Assembly (NCBI GenBank): GCA_963555995.3
Contig: OY821641.1
Span: 3,328,001-3,392,000 of the forward strand
Origin: Vicinamibacteria bacterium
Lineage (GTDB): Bacteria > Acidobacteriota > Vicinamibacteria > Marinacidobacterales > Marinacidobacteraceae
Direction: 5' to 3'
DNA: 64,000 nucleotides
The position numbers were made by a program, and so were the translations under genes. Positions 1-13,100 of this stretch are shown here, piece after piece (position 1 is the first letter of the stretch; each line of letters opens with the position of its first letter). Under the pieces are notes generated by a model that worked only from the letters and a program-made list of their open reading frames with translations, searched no databases and was not told the DNA's origin.

Positions 1-1105
1 CAGTCGGGGATTCGGCTCGCGGAAGTGCAGGTGCCGCGGGATCGTTCCCGCGCGCATCGAGAGCAGGACCTTCACGAGACCGGCCACTCCCGCTGCCGCC
101 TCCAGGTGGCCGATGTTCGTCTTCACCGAGCCGAGCAGCAACGGGCGCTCTGCCTCCCGCGCCGCCCCGTACGCGGCGGCCGCCGCCTGCACCTCGATGG
201 GATCTCCCAACTCGGTCCCCGTCCCGTGCGCTTCCAGATAGTCCACCGAGGCGGGCTCGATGCCCGCCCTTGACAGCGCCTCCGCGATCACGAGTTCCTG
301 CGCCGGGCCGTTCGGCACCGTCAACCCCGCACTCGCCCCGTCCTGATTCACCGCCGATCCCAGCAGCAGTCCGAGGATGCGGTCTCCCGCCGCCTCCGCG
401 TCCGCGACGCGCTTCAACACCATGACGCCACAGCCCTCTCCCCGGACATACCCATCCGCGGCCGCATCGAACGTCTTGCAGCGGCCGTCCGGCGAAAGGA
501 TTCCCGCCCCATCCAGCACTTCGTGGCCTCCGCCCAGCAGGATCGCATTCACTCCCCCAGCCAGCGCCAGATCGGCCTCCCGCCGCAACAGGCCGGCCAT
601 CGCCTGGTGCGCCGCCACCAGCGACGAGGAACACGCCGTATCAATCGCCATCGCCGGTCCCTGAAGGCCGAGCGTGAACGCCACCCGGCCGATCGCCGTC
701 GCGAAGCTCGTTCCGGTCACCGCGTGGAACGACGCCGCCCGCTCACCCAGGAGGTGCTGGTAGTCATTGGAACCGATCCCGACGTACACCCCCGTCCGAC
801 TACCCCGCAGGGTTTCGGGATCCAACCCAGCGTCCTCCAGTGCTTCCCAGCTCACTTCCAGAAGGAGACGCTGCTGCGGGTCCAGCACCTCCGCCTCCAC
901 AGGCGCGATCTGGAAGAACTCCGCGTCGAAACGATCCAGTCCCGGAAGGTACGCCCCGTACTGATCCGCGTCACCCGCACTGCTCAGCGCCCCACCCGGC
1001 CGGCCCCTGGTCACCGAATCCGTGCCGGCGGCGAGCTGCTTCCAGAAATCCACCGGACCGACGCCCCCGGGGAAACGGCACCCGATCCCGATCACCGCGA
1101 TCCGC
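1..1105 (-). other. PKS module B9: KS domain (module continues beyond the window)
   Basis: [25 protein letters not shown] (~630), YLEAHGTGT (~225), [12 protein letters not shown] (~105). Confidence 0.92.
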
Positions 1106-4100
1106 TCGTCTTCGGACCGGACCGCGGGAGCGCGCGCGGGCGCAACCGACACGGGCGCACCGAACGCCTCCGCGAGCCGTTCGGAGAGGCGCTCGATGGT
1201 CGGGTAGTCGAACGCCATCGTGGCGGGGGCCACGAACACCCCGGCGAGCTTGCGGTTCACGCGATTCCTCAACTCCATCGCCATCAACGAGTCCATTCCC
1301 AGATCGAAGAACCCAACGGTCGGATCCGGCGCCGCCGCCAACCGGAGCACGCGACGAACCTCCGTTTGGAGGAATCCCGCGAGCAGGGCCCGGCGCTCTT
1401 CGGCGGGCGCGCGTCGAATCCGCTCCACCAGGTTCCCGGCTGGCTCCGGCGCCTCGGCGCCCGACACCGGAACCAGCTCACGAACCAACGGTGGGGCCGG
1501 CGCTCCGGATACGAACCGCGCCCAGTCCACCAACGCGACAACGCCGCTCACCGTCTGCGCCTCGACGAGTTGTTCCAACGTCCGCATCCCCATCGCCGGC
1601 GACAGCCAGGTGATTCCCAGGTCCTGCATCAGCCATTCGACCTGTTCCTGCTGGCGTCCTCCCATCCCCGCCGCCGCCCAGGGTCCCCACGCCACCGCCT
1701 GCCCCGCGAGGCCCAGCGCCCGCCGGCGCCGCGCCAACTGATCCACAAACGCGTTCGCCGCCGCATAGTTGGTCTGGCCCGGGCTGCCCAGGACGCCCAC
1801 CAGGCTCGAATACAACACGAAGAGATCGAGGTCCAGATCCCGCGTCGCGCGGTGCAGCCGCCATCCACCCAGCGCCTTCGCCCCCAGAACCTCCTCGAAG
1901 CGTGACCAGCTCTGGTTCGGCAGCGCCGCATCCCGGAGTGCACCCGCGCAGTGAAAGACCCCGGCGAGCGGCGGCAGGCCCCCGGCCGGTCCCGAACGCG
2001 ATACGAGCCGCTCCACCTCTCCTTCCTCCGTGAGGTCTCCCCGCTCCACCCGGATCTCCACCCCGCGCGCTCCCCACTCCTCGATCCGCCGCTCGGCTTC
2101 GGCGCCCGGGGCGCCCCGCCCATGGAGCACCAGGGCCCCCGCATCGTGCTCCGCCAGCCAGCCCGCCGTCAGCAGGCCCAGGCCGCCCAGGCCGCCCGTC
2201 ACCAGATACGTCCGATCCGCACGAATCGGAACGGCTCCCGTCGCGCTCCCGGGCTCTTCATCGGGGTCCGTTCGAGCCGGCTCCGTCGCGCCACGCCACC
2301 GCACGAGCCGTGGCGCCCGCCGCACGCCCGCCCGATACGCGATCTCGACCTCCCGGTCCGGACCCAGCAACTCCTCGACGACATCCTCGACGGGCTGCTC
2401 CGGCGCCGCAACGCCTGGGTCCAGGTCCAGAAGGCGCACCCCCAGATCCGGTGCCTCCCGCGAGAGCGATCGCCCGAAACCCCAGAGCGCCGCTCCCGAC
2501 GGCTCCCCACCTTGCTCCTCCGCGAGCACCTGCCCCCCCCGCGTCACGAACCAGAGCCCGGCCGGCACGGCCACTCCCGATTCGGACACCCCCTGCGTGA
2601 GCGCCAGCGCGCTCGCTCCCGCCTTCTCCAGGTCCTCGGACAGCGTTGCCGTGTCCGCCTCGCCGCCCCGGCCGGTCAGTCCTCCGAGGTGCACCACCCC
2701 CCGAAACGGGACGTCCCGCGGAAGCTCCGCGAGCGCCTCCCGCCATGAATCCCGAGCTCGGGAAGCGATCCGCAGTCCCTCATAGCCCTCTCCGTCCGGC
2801 GCGGTTTCGCCCGCGAGGATCACACGCTCGCCCCGTCGCACCAGACCCCGCGCCAATGCCTCGCCGAACTCGAGTCCCCAGCCCTCGAGCGGCGCCGCCA
2901 GCAGCCACAACCCCGCCACCGGCACGCCGTCCGGATCCGACGCCACAGTCGGCCCGTCGGCGGCGCCTGGCAGGCGGGGGGCCTCCCGCCAGTCCAGTTC
3001 ATACAGCGGCTCGATCGCGTCCGAAACCGCAGCCTGCGGCGCCGCCGGCTCTACCCGGGACAGGGATCGGTCCCCCTCCACCCAGTACCGCTCCCGCTGG
3101 AACGGATACGTCGGCAGCGACACCCGGCGAGGCTTCTCCCCGGTGAACAGACCCCCGAACGAAACGTCGAGCCCCGCCTCGTACGCCCCCGCTACCGCCC
3201 GAACCCAGCTCTCGCTCCCGCCTCCCGCCGGAACCGACACCACCCGCAGACCCGCGTCCCCCGGCCATGCCGACGACGCCCGCTCGCCCAGCCCCTCTGA
3301 CGGGCCCACCTCCACCAGCAGGCCCACTTCCAGGTCCGACAGCGTCTCCAGCGCACGCTCGAAACGAACCTCCCCTCCCGCCTCCGAACCCCAGGCGCCG
3401 GCCTCCGGAACCCCTTCCTCCAGACGACCACTCGCGCCCCGCACCAGCGGCACCCCCGGCGGCGACGGCGCCCCCTCCCCACCGCGGCCCAGCGCCAGCC
3501 GCAGCCCGTCCTCCAGCTCCACCACCCCCGACGCGCACGCCGCCGCCAACTCCCCCGCACCGCAACCCCAGACCACCCCCGGAACCACCCCCACACTCTC
3601 CCACAGCGCCGTCAGCCCCGCCTGCAGCGCATACCGCGCCGCCGCCGCCAACCCCGCGTCCTCCGCCGCCCCCGGCCAAGCCTCCGGCGGCGGACACTCG
3701 TCCCCCAGCACCGCCGCGCAGCGGTCCACCACCTCGCGGAACGCCGGCTCGATTCCGTACAGCTCCCGCCCCAGACCCAACCACCCCCCGTCCGCCCCCG
3801 CGTAGAGGAACGCGACCTTCCCGGCCGACGACTCCCGACCCTCACCCCCCACCGCTACCTGCCGCAGCCCCGCGCGCAACGTGTCCTCGTCCCGGAACAC
3901 CACCCCCGCACGCCAATCGAAATGGCTCCGCCCGACCCCCGCCGTCCACGCCGCGTCCGCCAGCGGCGCGTCCTCTCCCAGCCACTCCCCGTAACGGCCC
4001 GCCAACTCCCGCAGCGCTCCCTCGTTTTTCCCCGACAGCGGCAGCAGTCGCCAGCCGCGCTGCGCGAGCGGTGCTGCTTCCTCCACCCCCACCGAACCTG

Positions 4101-7100
4101 CCGCCCCTCCCTCGTAGCCCTCCACGATGACGTGCGCGTTCGTCCCCGAGAACCCGAACGAACTCACCCCCGCGCGCCGCGGACGATCCGCCGCCGGCCA
4201 ACCCGTCGCCTCCGACACCACCCGCACCGGTAGCTCCTCCCACGCGATCCGCGGGCTCGGACGCTCGAAGTGCAGGTGCCGCGGGATCTCCGCCGAGCCC
4301 AGCGCCAGCAGCACCTTGATCAGGCCCGCCACCCCCGCCGCCCCCTCCAGGTGACCCACGTTCGTCTTCACCGATCCCACCAGCAGCGGACGCTCCGGGT
4401 CCCGCCCCTCCCCGTACACCGCTCCCGCCGCCGCCACCTCCACCGGATCCCCCAGCTCCGTCCCCGTCCCGTGCGCCTCCAGGTAGTCCACTTCCCACGG
4501 CTCCAACCCCGCACGCAACAGCGCCTCCCCGATCACCCGCTCCTGCGCCGGCCCGTTCGGTACCGTCAAACCCGCGCTCGCCCCGTCCTGGTTCACCGCC
4601 GAGCCCAGCAGCACCCCCAGCACCCGGTCCCCGTCACGCTCCGCATCTGACAGGCGCTTCAGCACCACCATCCCGCATCCCTCTCCCTGCACGAACCCGT
4701 CCGCCGACGCGTCGAACGTCTTGCAGCGTCCGTCCCCCGCCAGCATCCCCGCGTCGGCGAACATCCCCGTCACTCCCGAGAGCAGGATCGCGTTCACTCC
4801 CCCCGCCAGCGCCAGGTCCGCCTCCCCCTGCAAAAGCCCCATCGCCGCCTGGTGCACCGCCACCAGCGACGACGAACACGCCGTGTCCACCGTGATCGCC
4901 GGGCCCGTGAGCCCCAGCGCGAACGAAACACGTCCCACCGCCGTCGAGGCCGTCACCCCCGTCGCCCGATACAGGTTCCGCGCCGGCTCCACCGCCGACG
5001 ACGCCACCAGCATCTGATACTCGCTCCCGCACACGCCCCCGTACACCCCCGTCCGGCTCCCCCGCAGACGCCCCGGCGGCAACCCCGCGTCTTCCAGCGC
5101 CGCCCAGCTCACCTCCAGCAGCAAGCGCTGCTGCGGGTCCAGCAACTCCGCCTCCGACGGCGCGATCCGGAAAAACTCCGCGTCAAACCGGTCCAGCCCC
5201 TCCACATACGCCCCATACGGACGCGCCGACTCCGTCTCCGCATCCACGTAGAGCCCATCCGGACGGCCTCGCGTCACCGCGCACCCCCCCGAACGCAGCA
5301 GCTCCCCGAATCCCCCCAGGTCCACGCCCCCCGGAAAACGGCACGCCATCCCCACCACCGCAACCCGCTCCGCTTCCGAAGGACGCAACGCCAACCCAAT
5401 CCGCCGCGCCGCCACCACCGGCTCGCCCCACCCCAACTCCCCCGCCAGGTGCCGCCCCAGACGCAACGCGTCCGGATGGTCGAACACCGCCGTGTTCGAC
5501 ATCGTCAACACCCCGCCCAACGCCCGGTTCACCCGGTTCCGCAACTCCACCGCCATCAGCGAGTCCATCCCCAGCTCGAAGAACCCCGCGTCCGCGGGCG
5601 GCAACGAGCGCAGACGCAACACCGAAGCCAGCTCCTCCCGCAGGAAGCCCACCAGCGCCGCCTCCCGCTCCGCCGCCGGCAACCCCCGCAGGCGCTCCCC
5701 CAGGTCCCCGCGCATCCCCTGCTCCTCTACCGCCTCCGCACGCACCAGCTCCTCCAGCAGCGGCGGCGGCGACGGCAGCGACGCCCAGTCCACCGACGCC
5801 GCCACGCTCCTCCCCACGTCCGCCCGCACCAGCCGCGTCAGCGCCTCCAACCCGCGCTCCGACGCCATCCACCCCTCCCCATACGCCGCGATCCGCTCCC
5901 CCTGCTCCTCCGCCTCCCCGACTCCCGGCCACGCCCCCCACGCGATCGCCTGGCCCGCCAAACCACGCGAGCGCCGGTGCGCCGCCAACTGGTCCAGGAA
6001 CGCATCCGCCGCCGCGTCGTTCGCACGCCCCGGAGCACCCAGAACCCCCGCCGCACCCGAAAACAGCACGAACAACTCCAGCTCCCGGTCCTCCGTCGCC
6101 CGGTGCAACCGCCACGCCCCCAGGACCTTCGGCCACAGCACCTCCTCGAAACGCCCCCAGTCCAGGTTCACCAGCGCCCCGTCCGACAGAACCCCCGCGC
6201 AGTGGATCACCCCTCCCAGCGGCGGCAGCTCCTCCTCCACTCGCCCCAGCATCGCCGTCACCGCATCCCCGTCCGTCACGTCCGCTATCTCCACCCGAAC
6301 CTCCACCCCCCGACCCCGCAGGCTCGCCACCGCCGCTTCCGCCGCCGCATCCGGCGACCGGCGACCGTTCAGCACCACCGCACCCGCACCCCGTTCGCCC
6401 AGCCAGCCCGCGACCGCCAGACCAACGTCCCCCAGGCCCCCCGTCACCAGGTAACTCCGGTCATTCCGCACCCGCGTCCCCGCCGACGCCGCCTCCGAAC
6501 CCGCCGGAAGCCGCACCAGCCGCGGCACCCGCCGCTCGCCTCCCCGCAACGCAACCCGTGGCTCCCCGTCCGGCCACACCAACTCGTCCGCCAACCGCTC
6601 CGCCGCGAACGGCCCCGCCGGATCCAGGTCCACCAGCCGGACGTTCAGGTCCCGGTGCTCCAGACCCGCCGCCGCTCCCAGCCCCCACAGCGACGCGCCC
6701 GACAGCCCGCCCCCCCGCTCCCCGCCCAACACCTGCCCCCCACGCGTCACCAGCCACAAACCCGATGCCGGCGACGCCCCCGCGTCCGACATCCCCTGCA
6801 ACAGACCCAATACCCCCGAACCCAACTCGCGCAGCCGCCGCTCCAACTCCTCCACCGTCGCCCCCGTCTCGTCGCCCCCGACTCCCGAAACGTCCACCAC
6901 CCCACGCAACCGCTCCTTCCCATCCATATCCCCGAAGAACGACTCCCACGCTTCCCGCTCCCCGCCCGCCGGTCCGCGCCGGACCTCCTGGCCCCGACGC
7001 GAAAGCTCCCCCGCCAACTCCGCAACCTCCGCCCCCTCGCCCGACAGCACGAACAGGCCCCGCTCCCCCGCAACCGCCGCCGGGCCCCGCGCCGCCAGCA

Positions 7101-10100
7101 CCACCTGACCGCCCGCCTCGCCCACCAACGCAACCTCCCCATACCCCGACGCCGACAGCGCCCGCCCCCACGCCTCACGCCCCACCAGCGCGTAGTCCGA
7201 CCGATATACGTCATCGAAACGCCACCAACCCGGCAGCAGTCCGAACGTCAGGTCCAGCCAACCCCGCCGCTCCGTACCCTCCAGCAGCAACAACAACCCC
7301 GACGGCGCCAGCAACCGACGGCAGTGCGCCAGCGACTCCTCCAGGTCCCGCGTCGCGTGCAGCACGTTCGCCGCCACCAACACGTCGAAACCGTGCTCCC
7401 CGAACCCCTGCGCCAACGGGTCCCGCTCGATGTCCAGGACCCGATACCGCACCTCCGCGCCCGCATCCCCGAAACGCCGCTCCGCCGACGACAGGAAACC
7501 CGCCGACACGTCGGTGAACTCGTACTCCGTCCGACCCGACGGCAACGCCGCCAGCACCGCTCCCGTCGTCGCCCCCGTCCCCGCTCCCACCTCCAGGACC
7601 CGAAGGCGCCGGCCCTCCGGCAGACTCGCGACCGCCGCTCCCGCCGCCGCCCCCACCAGGCGGTTCAAAGCCCGCGCCCCCGGCGAACGCCAGTACAGCT
7701 CCGCCGCGCCCGCGCCCCCCTCCCCGAACAGCAACTCCACCGCGTCCGCACGCCCCCGCAACACCTCCGACAGCGATCCACCGCAGCGCGCCAGAACCTC
7801 ACCCTCCACCGAATCCCCACCCGCCCCCGGCGCCGAAACCCCCGCCGGCAGCGGCTCCGCCGAGCCCACCGTCACCAGCCATTCCCCCGCTACGTCCCGC
7901 GCCAGCACACCCCCCTCCTCCAAAAGCGCCAGCAAACGATCGAACAGGCGCTCGTGCTCCCCCGTCACCTTCAACCCACGGCGCAACTCCTCCCCGGCGA
8001 ACCGATCCCCACCAACACGCTCCCAGCCCAGCTCCTCCAGCGCCCGGAGCGCATACCACCGCGACTCCCGCTCCAGCGCTTCTCCCGCCGAAGCCAGCGC
8101 CCCCGCCTCCAACCCCTCCGCCGACAAGTACGAATCCACCGAACCCACCGACGACGCAACCTCCGACGGACCCTCCAGGAACTCCGCCGAACGCAACCCC
8201 ACCGGCGAACCCGCCCGCCAATCCACCTCATACAGCAGCTCGTCCACACCCACCCCCAGCAGCGACGAACGGCTCGCCCGACGCAGCCGGAGACCCTCCA
8301 CCCCCCCCAGCGCCTCTCCCGCCGGACCGTGGATCCCCAGGTCCACCTTCCAGTCCTCCCCCGTAGCCGACCCGGACGCCGGACCCGAGCCCTCCCGCAA
8401 CCGGACCCGGCAGAACACCCGCGCCGGCAGCGGACCCCCCAGCCACAGCCGCTCCCAACCCACCGGAAAACGCGCCCCCTCCTCCCCCGACAGACCCGAC
8501 ACACCCGACAGCGCCTGGAAACACCCGTCCAGCAGCACCGGATGCGCCAGCAGACCCCCACCCGACAACTCCGCCGGCAGCGCAACCTCCCCCAGCGCCT
8601 CCCCCGCACCCGACCACAGACCCGAAAGGCCACGGAACGCCGGACCGAACGCGATCCCCGCCTCCGCCAGCCTCCCGTACACCCCCGCCGGATCCACCTC
8701 CACGAGCCCCGCCCGCACCCCTTCCAAGTCCAAACCCTCGGACGCCTCCGCAGCCCCGGACGCCACCCGACCCGCCGCGTGCTCCTCCCACTCCGAGCTC
8801 GAACCCCCACGGCTCACCACCTCGAAGCCGCCCTCCGACCCCAACACCACCTGCACCGTCCGAACCTCCCCCTCCGAAAACACCAACGGACGCTGGATCT
8901 CCACCTCCTCGAGCGCCCACGGAGAACCCGATCCCGTCTCCCGCAGCGCCTCCAGGACCTGCACCGCATAGAGCGCCCCGGGCGCCAACACCTCCCCGAA
9001 CACCCGGTGGTCCCCGAGCCAACCCGGCGCGCTCCCCGACAACTCCGTCTCGAACGAGACCTCCCCGTCCCGCGCGTCACGGCGCCAACCCAGCAGCGCA
9101 TGCCCCCCCGCCGGACGACGCCGCGGCGCCTCCACCCAGTACCGCTCCCGCTGGAACGGATACGTCGGCACCGACACCCGCCGGCGCGTCTCCCCGGTGA
9201 ACAGACCCCCGAACGAAACGTCGAGCCCCGCCTCGTACGCCTCCCCCACCGCCCGAACCCACCCCTCGCTCCCGTCTCCCGCCGGAACCGACACCACCCG
9301 CAGACCCCCGTCCCCCGGCCACGCCGACGACGCCCGTTCCCCCAGCCCTCCTGACGGGCCCACCTCCACCAGCAGGCCCACGCCCAGCCCCGACAGCGTC
9401 TCCAGCGCCCGCTCGAAGCGCACCTCTCCTTCCGAACCCCAGGCGCCGGCCTCCAGAACCCCTTCCTCCACACGACCGCTCGCGCCGCGCACCAGCGGCA
9501 CCCCCGGCGGCGACGGCGCCCCCTCCCCACCACGGCCCAGCGCCAGCCGCAGCCCGTCCTCCAGATCCAACACCCCCGACGCGCACGCCGCCGCCGCCTC
9601 TCCCGCGCCGCAACCCCAGACCACCTCCGGAACCACCCCCACGCTCGCCCACAGCGCCGTCAGGCCCGCCTGCAGCGCATACCGCGCCGCCGCCGCCAAC
9701 GCCGCGTCCTCCGCCGCCCCCGGCCAGACATCCGGCGGCGGTCCCTCGTCCCCCAACGCCGCCGCGCAGCGGTCCACCACCTCACGGAACGCCGGCTCGA
9801 TCCCATACAGCTCCCGCCCCAGAGCGGACAACCCGCCACCCTCTCCCCCGTAGAGGAACGCGACCTTCCCGGCCGGCGGCTCCCCCGCCGCGCCCGCCGC
9901 GCCCGCCGCGCCCTCCGCCACCTGCCGCAGCCCCGCGCGCAGCGTGTCCTCGTCCCGGAACACCACCCCCGCGCGCCAACCGAAGTGGCTCCGACCCACC
10001 CCCGCCGTCCACGCCGCGTCCGACAGCGACGCGTCCTCGCCCAACCACTCCCCATACCGGCCCGCCAACTCCCGCAGCGCCCGCGCACTCCTCCCCGACA

Positions 10101-13100
10101 GCGGCAGCAACCGCACCTCCCGCTCCCGGAGCGCCGACGCCTCCGCCGGCACCGCCACCGCCGTCGGTTCCCCGGCCTGGCGCCGGAACTCCTCCACGAT
10201 GACGTGCGCGTTCGTCCCCGAATAGCCGAACGAACTCACCCCCGCGCGCCGCGGGCGGTCCGCCGCCGGCCAACCCGTCGCCTCCGACACCACCCGCACC
10301 GGAAGCTCCTCCCACGCGATCCGAGGGTTCGGACGCTCGAAGTGCAGGTGCCGCGGGATCTCCGCCGAACCCAGCGCCAGCAGCACCTTGATCAGACCCG
10401 CAACCCCCGCCGCCCCCTCCAGGTGACCCACGTTCGTCTTCACCGACCCCACCAGCAGCGGACGCTCCGGATCCCGGCCCTCCCCGTACGCCGCTCCCGC
10501 CGCCGCCACCTCCACCGGGTCCCCCAACTCCGTCCCCGTCCCGTGCGCCTCCAGGTAGTCCACCTCCCACGGCTCCAACCCCGCACGCAACAGCGCCTCC
10601 CCGATCACCCGCTCCTGCGCCGGTCCGTTCGGAACCGTCAAACCCGCGCTCGCCCCGTCCTGGTTCACCGCCGAGCCCAGCAGCACCCCCAGCACCCGGT
10701 CCCCGTCACGCTCCGCATCCGACAATCGCTTCAGCACCACCATCCCGCATCCCTCCCCCCGCACGTACCCGTCCGCCGACGCGTCGAACGTCTTGCAGCG
10801 CCCGTCCCCCGCCAGCATCCCACCGTCCGTGAACAGACCGGTCACCCCCGAAGTCAAGATCGCGTTCACCCCCCCCGCCAGCGCCAGGTCCGCCTCCCCC
10901 TGCAAAAGCCCCATCGCCGCCTGGTGCACCGCCACCAGCGACGACGAACACGCCGTGTCCACCGTGATCGCCGGGCCCGTGAGCCCCAGCGCGAACGAAA
11001 CACGTCCCACCGCCGTCGAGGCCGTCACCCCCGTCGCCCGATACAGGTTCCGCGCCGGCTCCACCGCCGACGACGCCACCAGCATCTGATACTCGCTCCC
11101 GCACACGCCCCCATACACCCCCGTCCGGCTCCCCCGCAGACGCCCCGGCGCCAGACCCGCGTCCTCCAGCGCCGCCCAGCTCACCTCCAGCAGCAAGCGC
11201 TGCTGCGGGTCCAGCAACTCCGCCTCCGACGGCGCGATCCGGAAAAACTCCGCGTCAAACCGGTCCAACCCCTCCACATACGCCCCATACGGACGCGCCG
11301 ACTCCGTCTCCCCGTCCACGAACAGCCCGTCCGGACGCCCCCGCGTCACCGCGCACCCCCCCGAACGCAGCAACTCCCCGAATCCTCCCAGGTCCGCACC
11401 CCCCGGAAAACGGCACGCCATCCCCACCACCGCAACCCGATCCGCTGCCGACGGACGCGCCACCACCCGCGGGACCCCCGACACGGGCTCGCCCCACCCC
11501 AACTCTCCCGCCAGGCGCCGCGCCAGACGCGTCGCGTCCGGGTGGTCGAACACCGCCGTGTTCGACATCGTCAACACTCCACCCAACGCCCGGTTCACCC
11601 GGTTCCGCAACTCCACCGCCATCAGCGAGTCCATCCCCAGCTCGAAGAACCCCGCGTCCGCGGGCGGCAACGACCGCAGCCGCAGCACCGACGCCAGCTC
11701 CTCCCGCAGGAAGCCCACCAGCGCCGCCTCCCGCTCCGGCTCCGGCAGCCCCCGCAGGCGCTCCCCCAGGTCCCCGCGCACCCCACGCTCCTCCACCGCC
11801 TCCGCACGCACCAGCTCCTCCAGCAACGGCGGCGGCGACGACAGCGACGTCCAGTCCACCGACGCCGCAACGCTCCTCCCCACGTCCGCCCGCACCAGCC
11901 GCGTCAGCGCCTCCAGCCCGCGCTCCGGCGCCATCCACCCCTCCCCATACGCCGCGACCCGGCCCGCGATCCGCTCCCGCTGCTCCTCCGCCTCCCCCAC
12001 GCCCGACCACGCCCCCCACGCGATCGCCTGGCCCGCCAAACCACGCGAGCGCCGGTGCGCCGCCAACTGGTCCAGGAACGCATTCGCCGCCGCGTGGTTC
12101 GCCTGACCCGCGCTCCCGAACACCCCCGCCGCGCTCGAAAACAGCACGAACAACTCCAGCTCCCGGTCCTCCGTCGCCCGGTGCAGCCGCCACGCCCCCA
12201 GGACCTTCGGCCACAGCACCTCCTCGAAGCGTCCCCAGTCCAGGTTCACCAGCGCCCCGTCCGACAGCACCCCCACGCAGTGCAGCACCCCTCCCAGCGG
12301 CGGCAGCTCCTCCTCCACCCGCCCCAGCATCGCCGCCACCGCAGCCCCGTCCGTCACGTCCGCAATCTCCACCCGAACCTCCACCCCCCGACCCCGCAGG
12401 CTCTCCACCGCCGCTTCCGCCGCCGCGTCCGGCGCCCGGCGACCGTTCAGCACCACCGCACCCGCACCCCGGTCACCCAGCCACCCGGCGACCGCCAGAC
12501 CAACGCCCCCCAGGCCCCCCGTCACCAGGTAACTCCGGTCTCCACGCAAACGCCCCCCCGCCAACGCCGACGGCAGCAGCACGTTCTTCCCCACGTGACG
12601 CGCCTCCCGCATCGTCTCCAACGCCCCTCCCGCTTCCAGCAGCGGCCACCGGCCGAACGGAAGCGGCTCCAGCTCTCCCGAACCCAGGCGGCCCACCACG
12701 TCCCGCAACACCGAACCCAAACGCCCCGGGTCCTCTCGACCCAAACGGTCCACCCCCAAGACCCAATACCGCACCTCCGGCCGCAGCTCCGCAACCTCCG
12801 CCGCACTCCAGATCCCACGCTTCCCCAACTCCACGAAACAACCCCCCTCCCGCAAACACCCCAGCCCCGCCTCCACGAACCCCGCTCCCGTCAGGCTGTT
12901 CAGAACCAGGTCCACCCCCTCACCCCCCGTCGCCGCCAGCACCCCCTCTCCGAATCCAACGTCCCGGCTGTCGAACACCCAGCGAACACCCAGCGAACGC
13001 AGGTACTCCTGCTTCGGCGCGCTCGCCGTCGAATACACCTCATGCCCCGCCGCCCGCGCCAGCCGGATCGCCGCCTGGCCCACGCCCCCCGTCCCCGCGT

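Noticed and set aside
9880-9915. 9-bp microrepeat encoding GAAGAAGAA before AT0, with copy variation relative to B5
   Set aside because: In-frame slippage in a flexible linker, with no evidence of a regulatory role.
12970-12998. 11-bp direct repeat CGAACACCCAG x2 in each B-gene ER
   Set aside because: It encodes ordinary ER sequence (LRSLGVRWVFD) with the frame preserved; not an array or target-site duplication.
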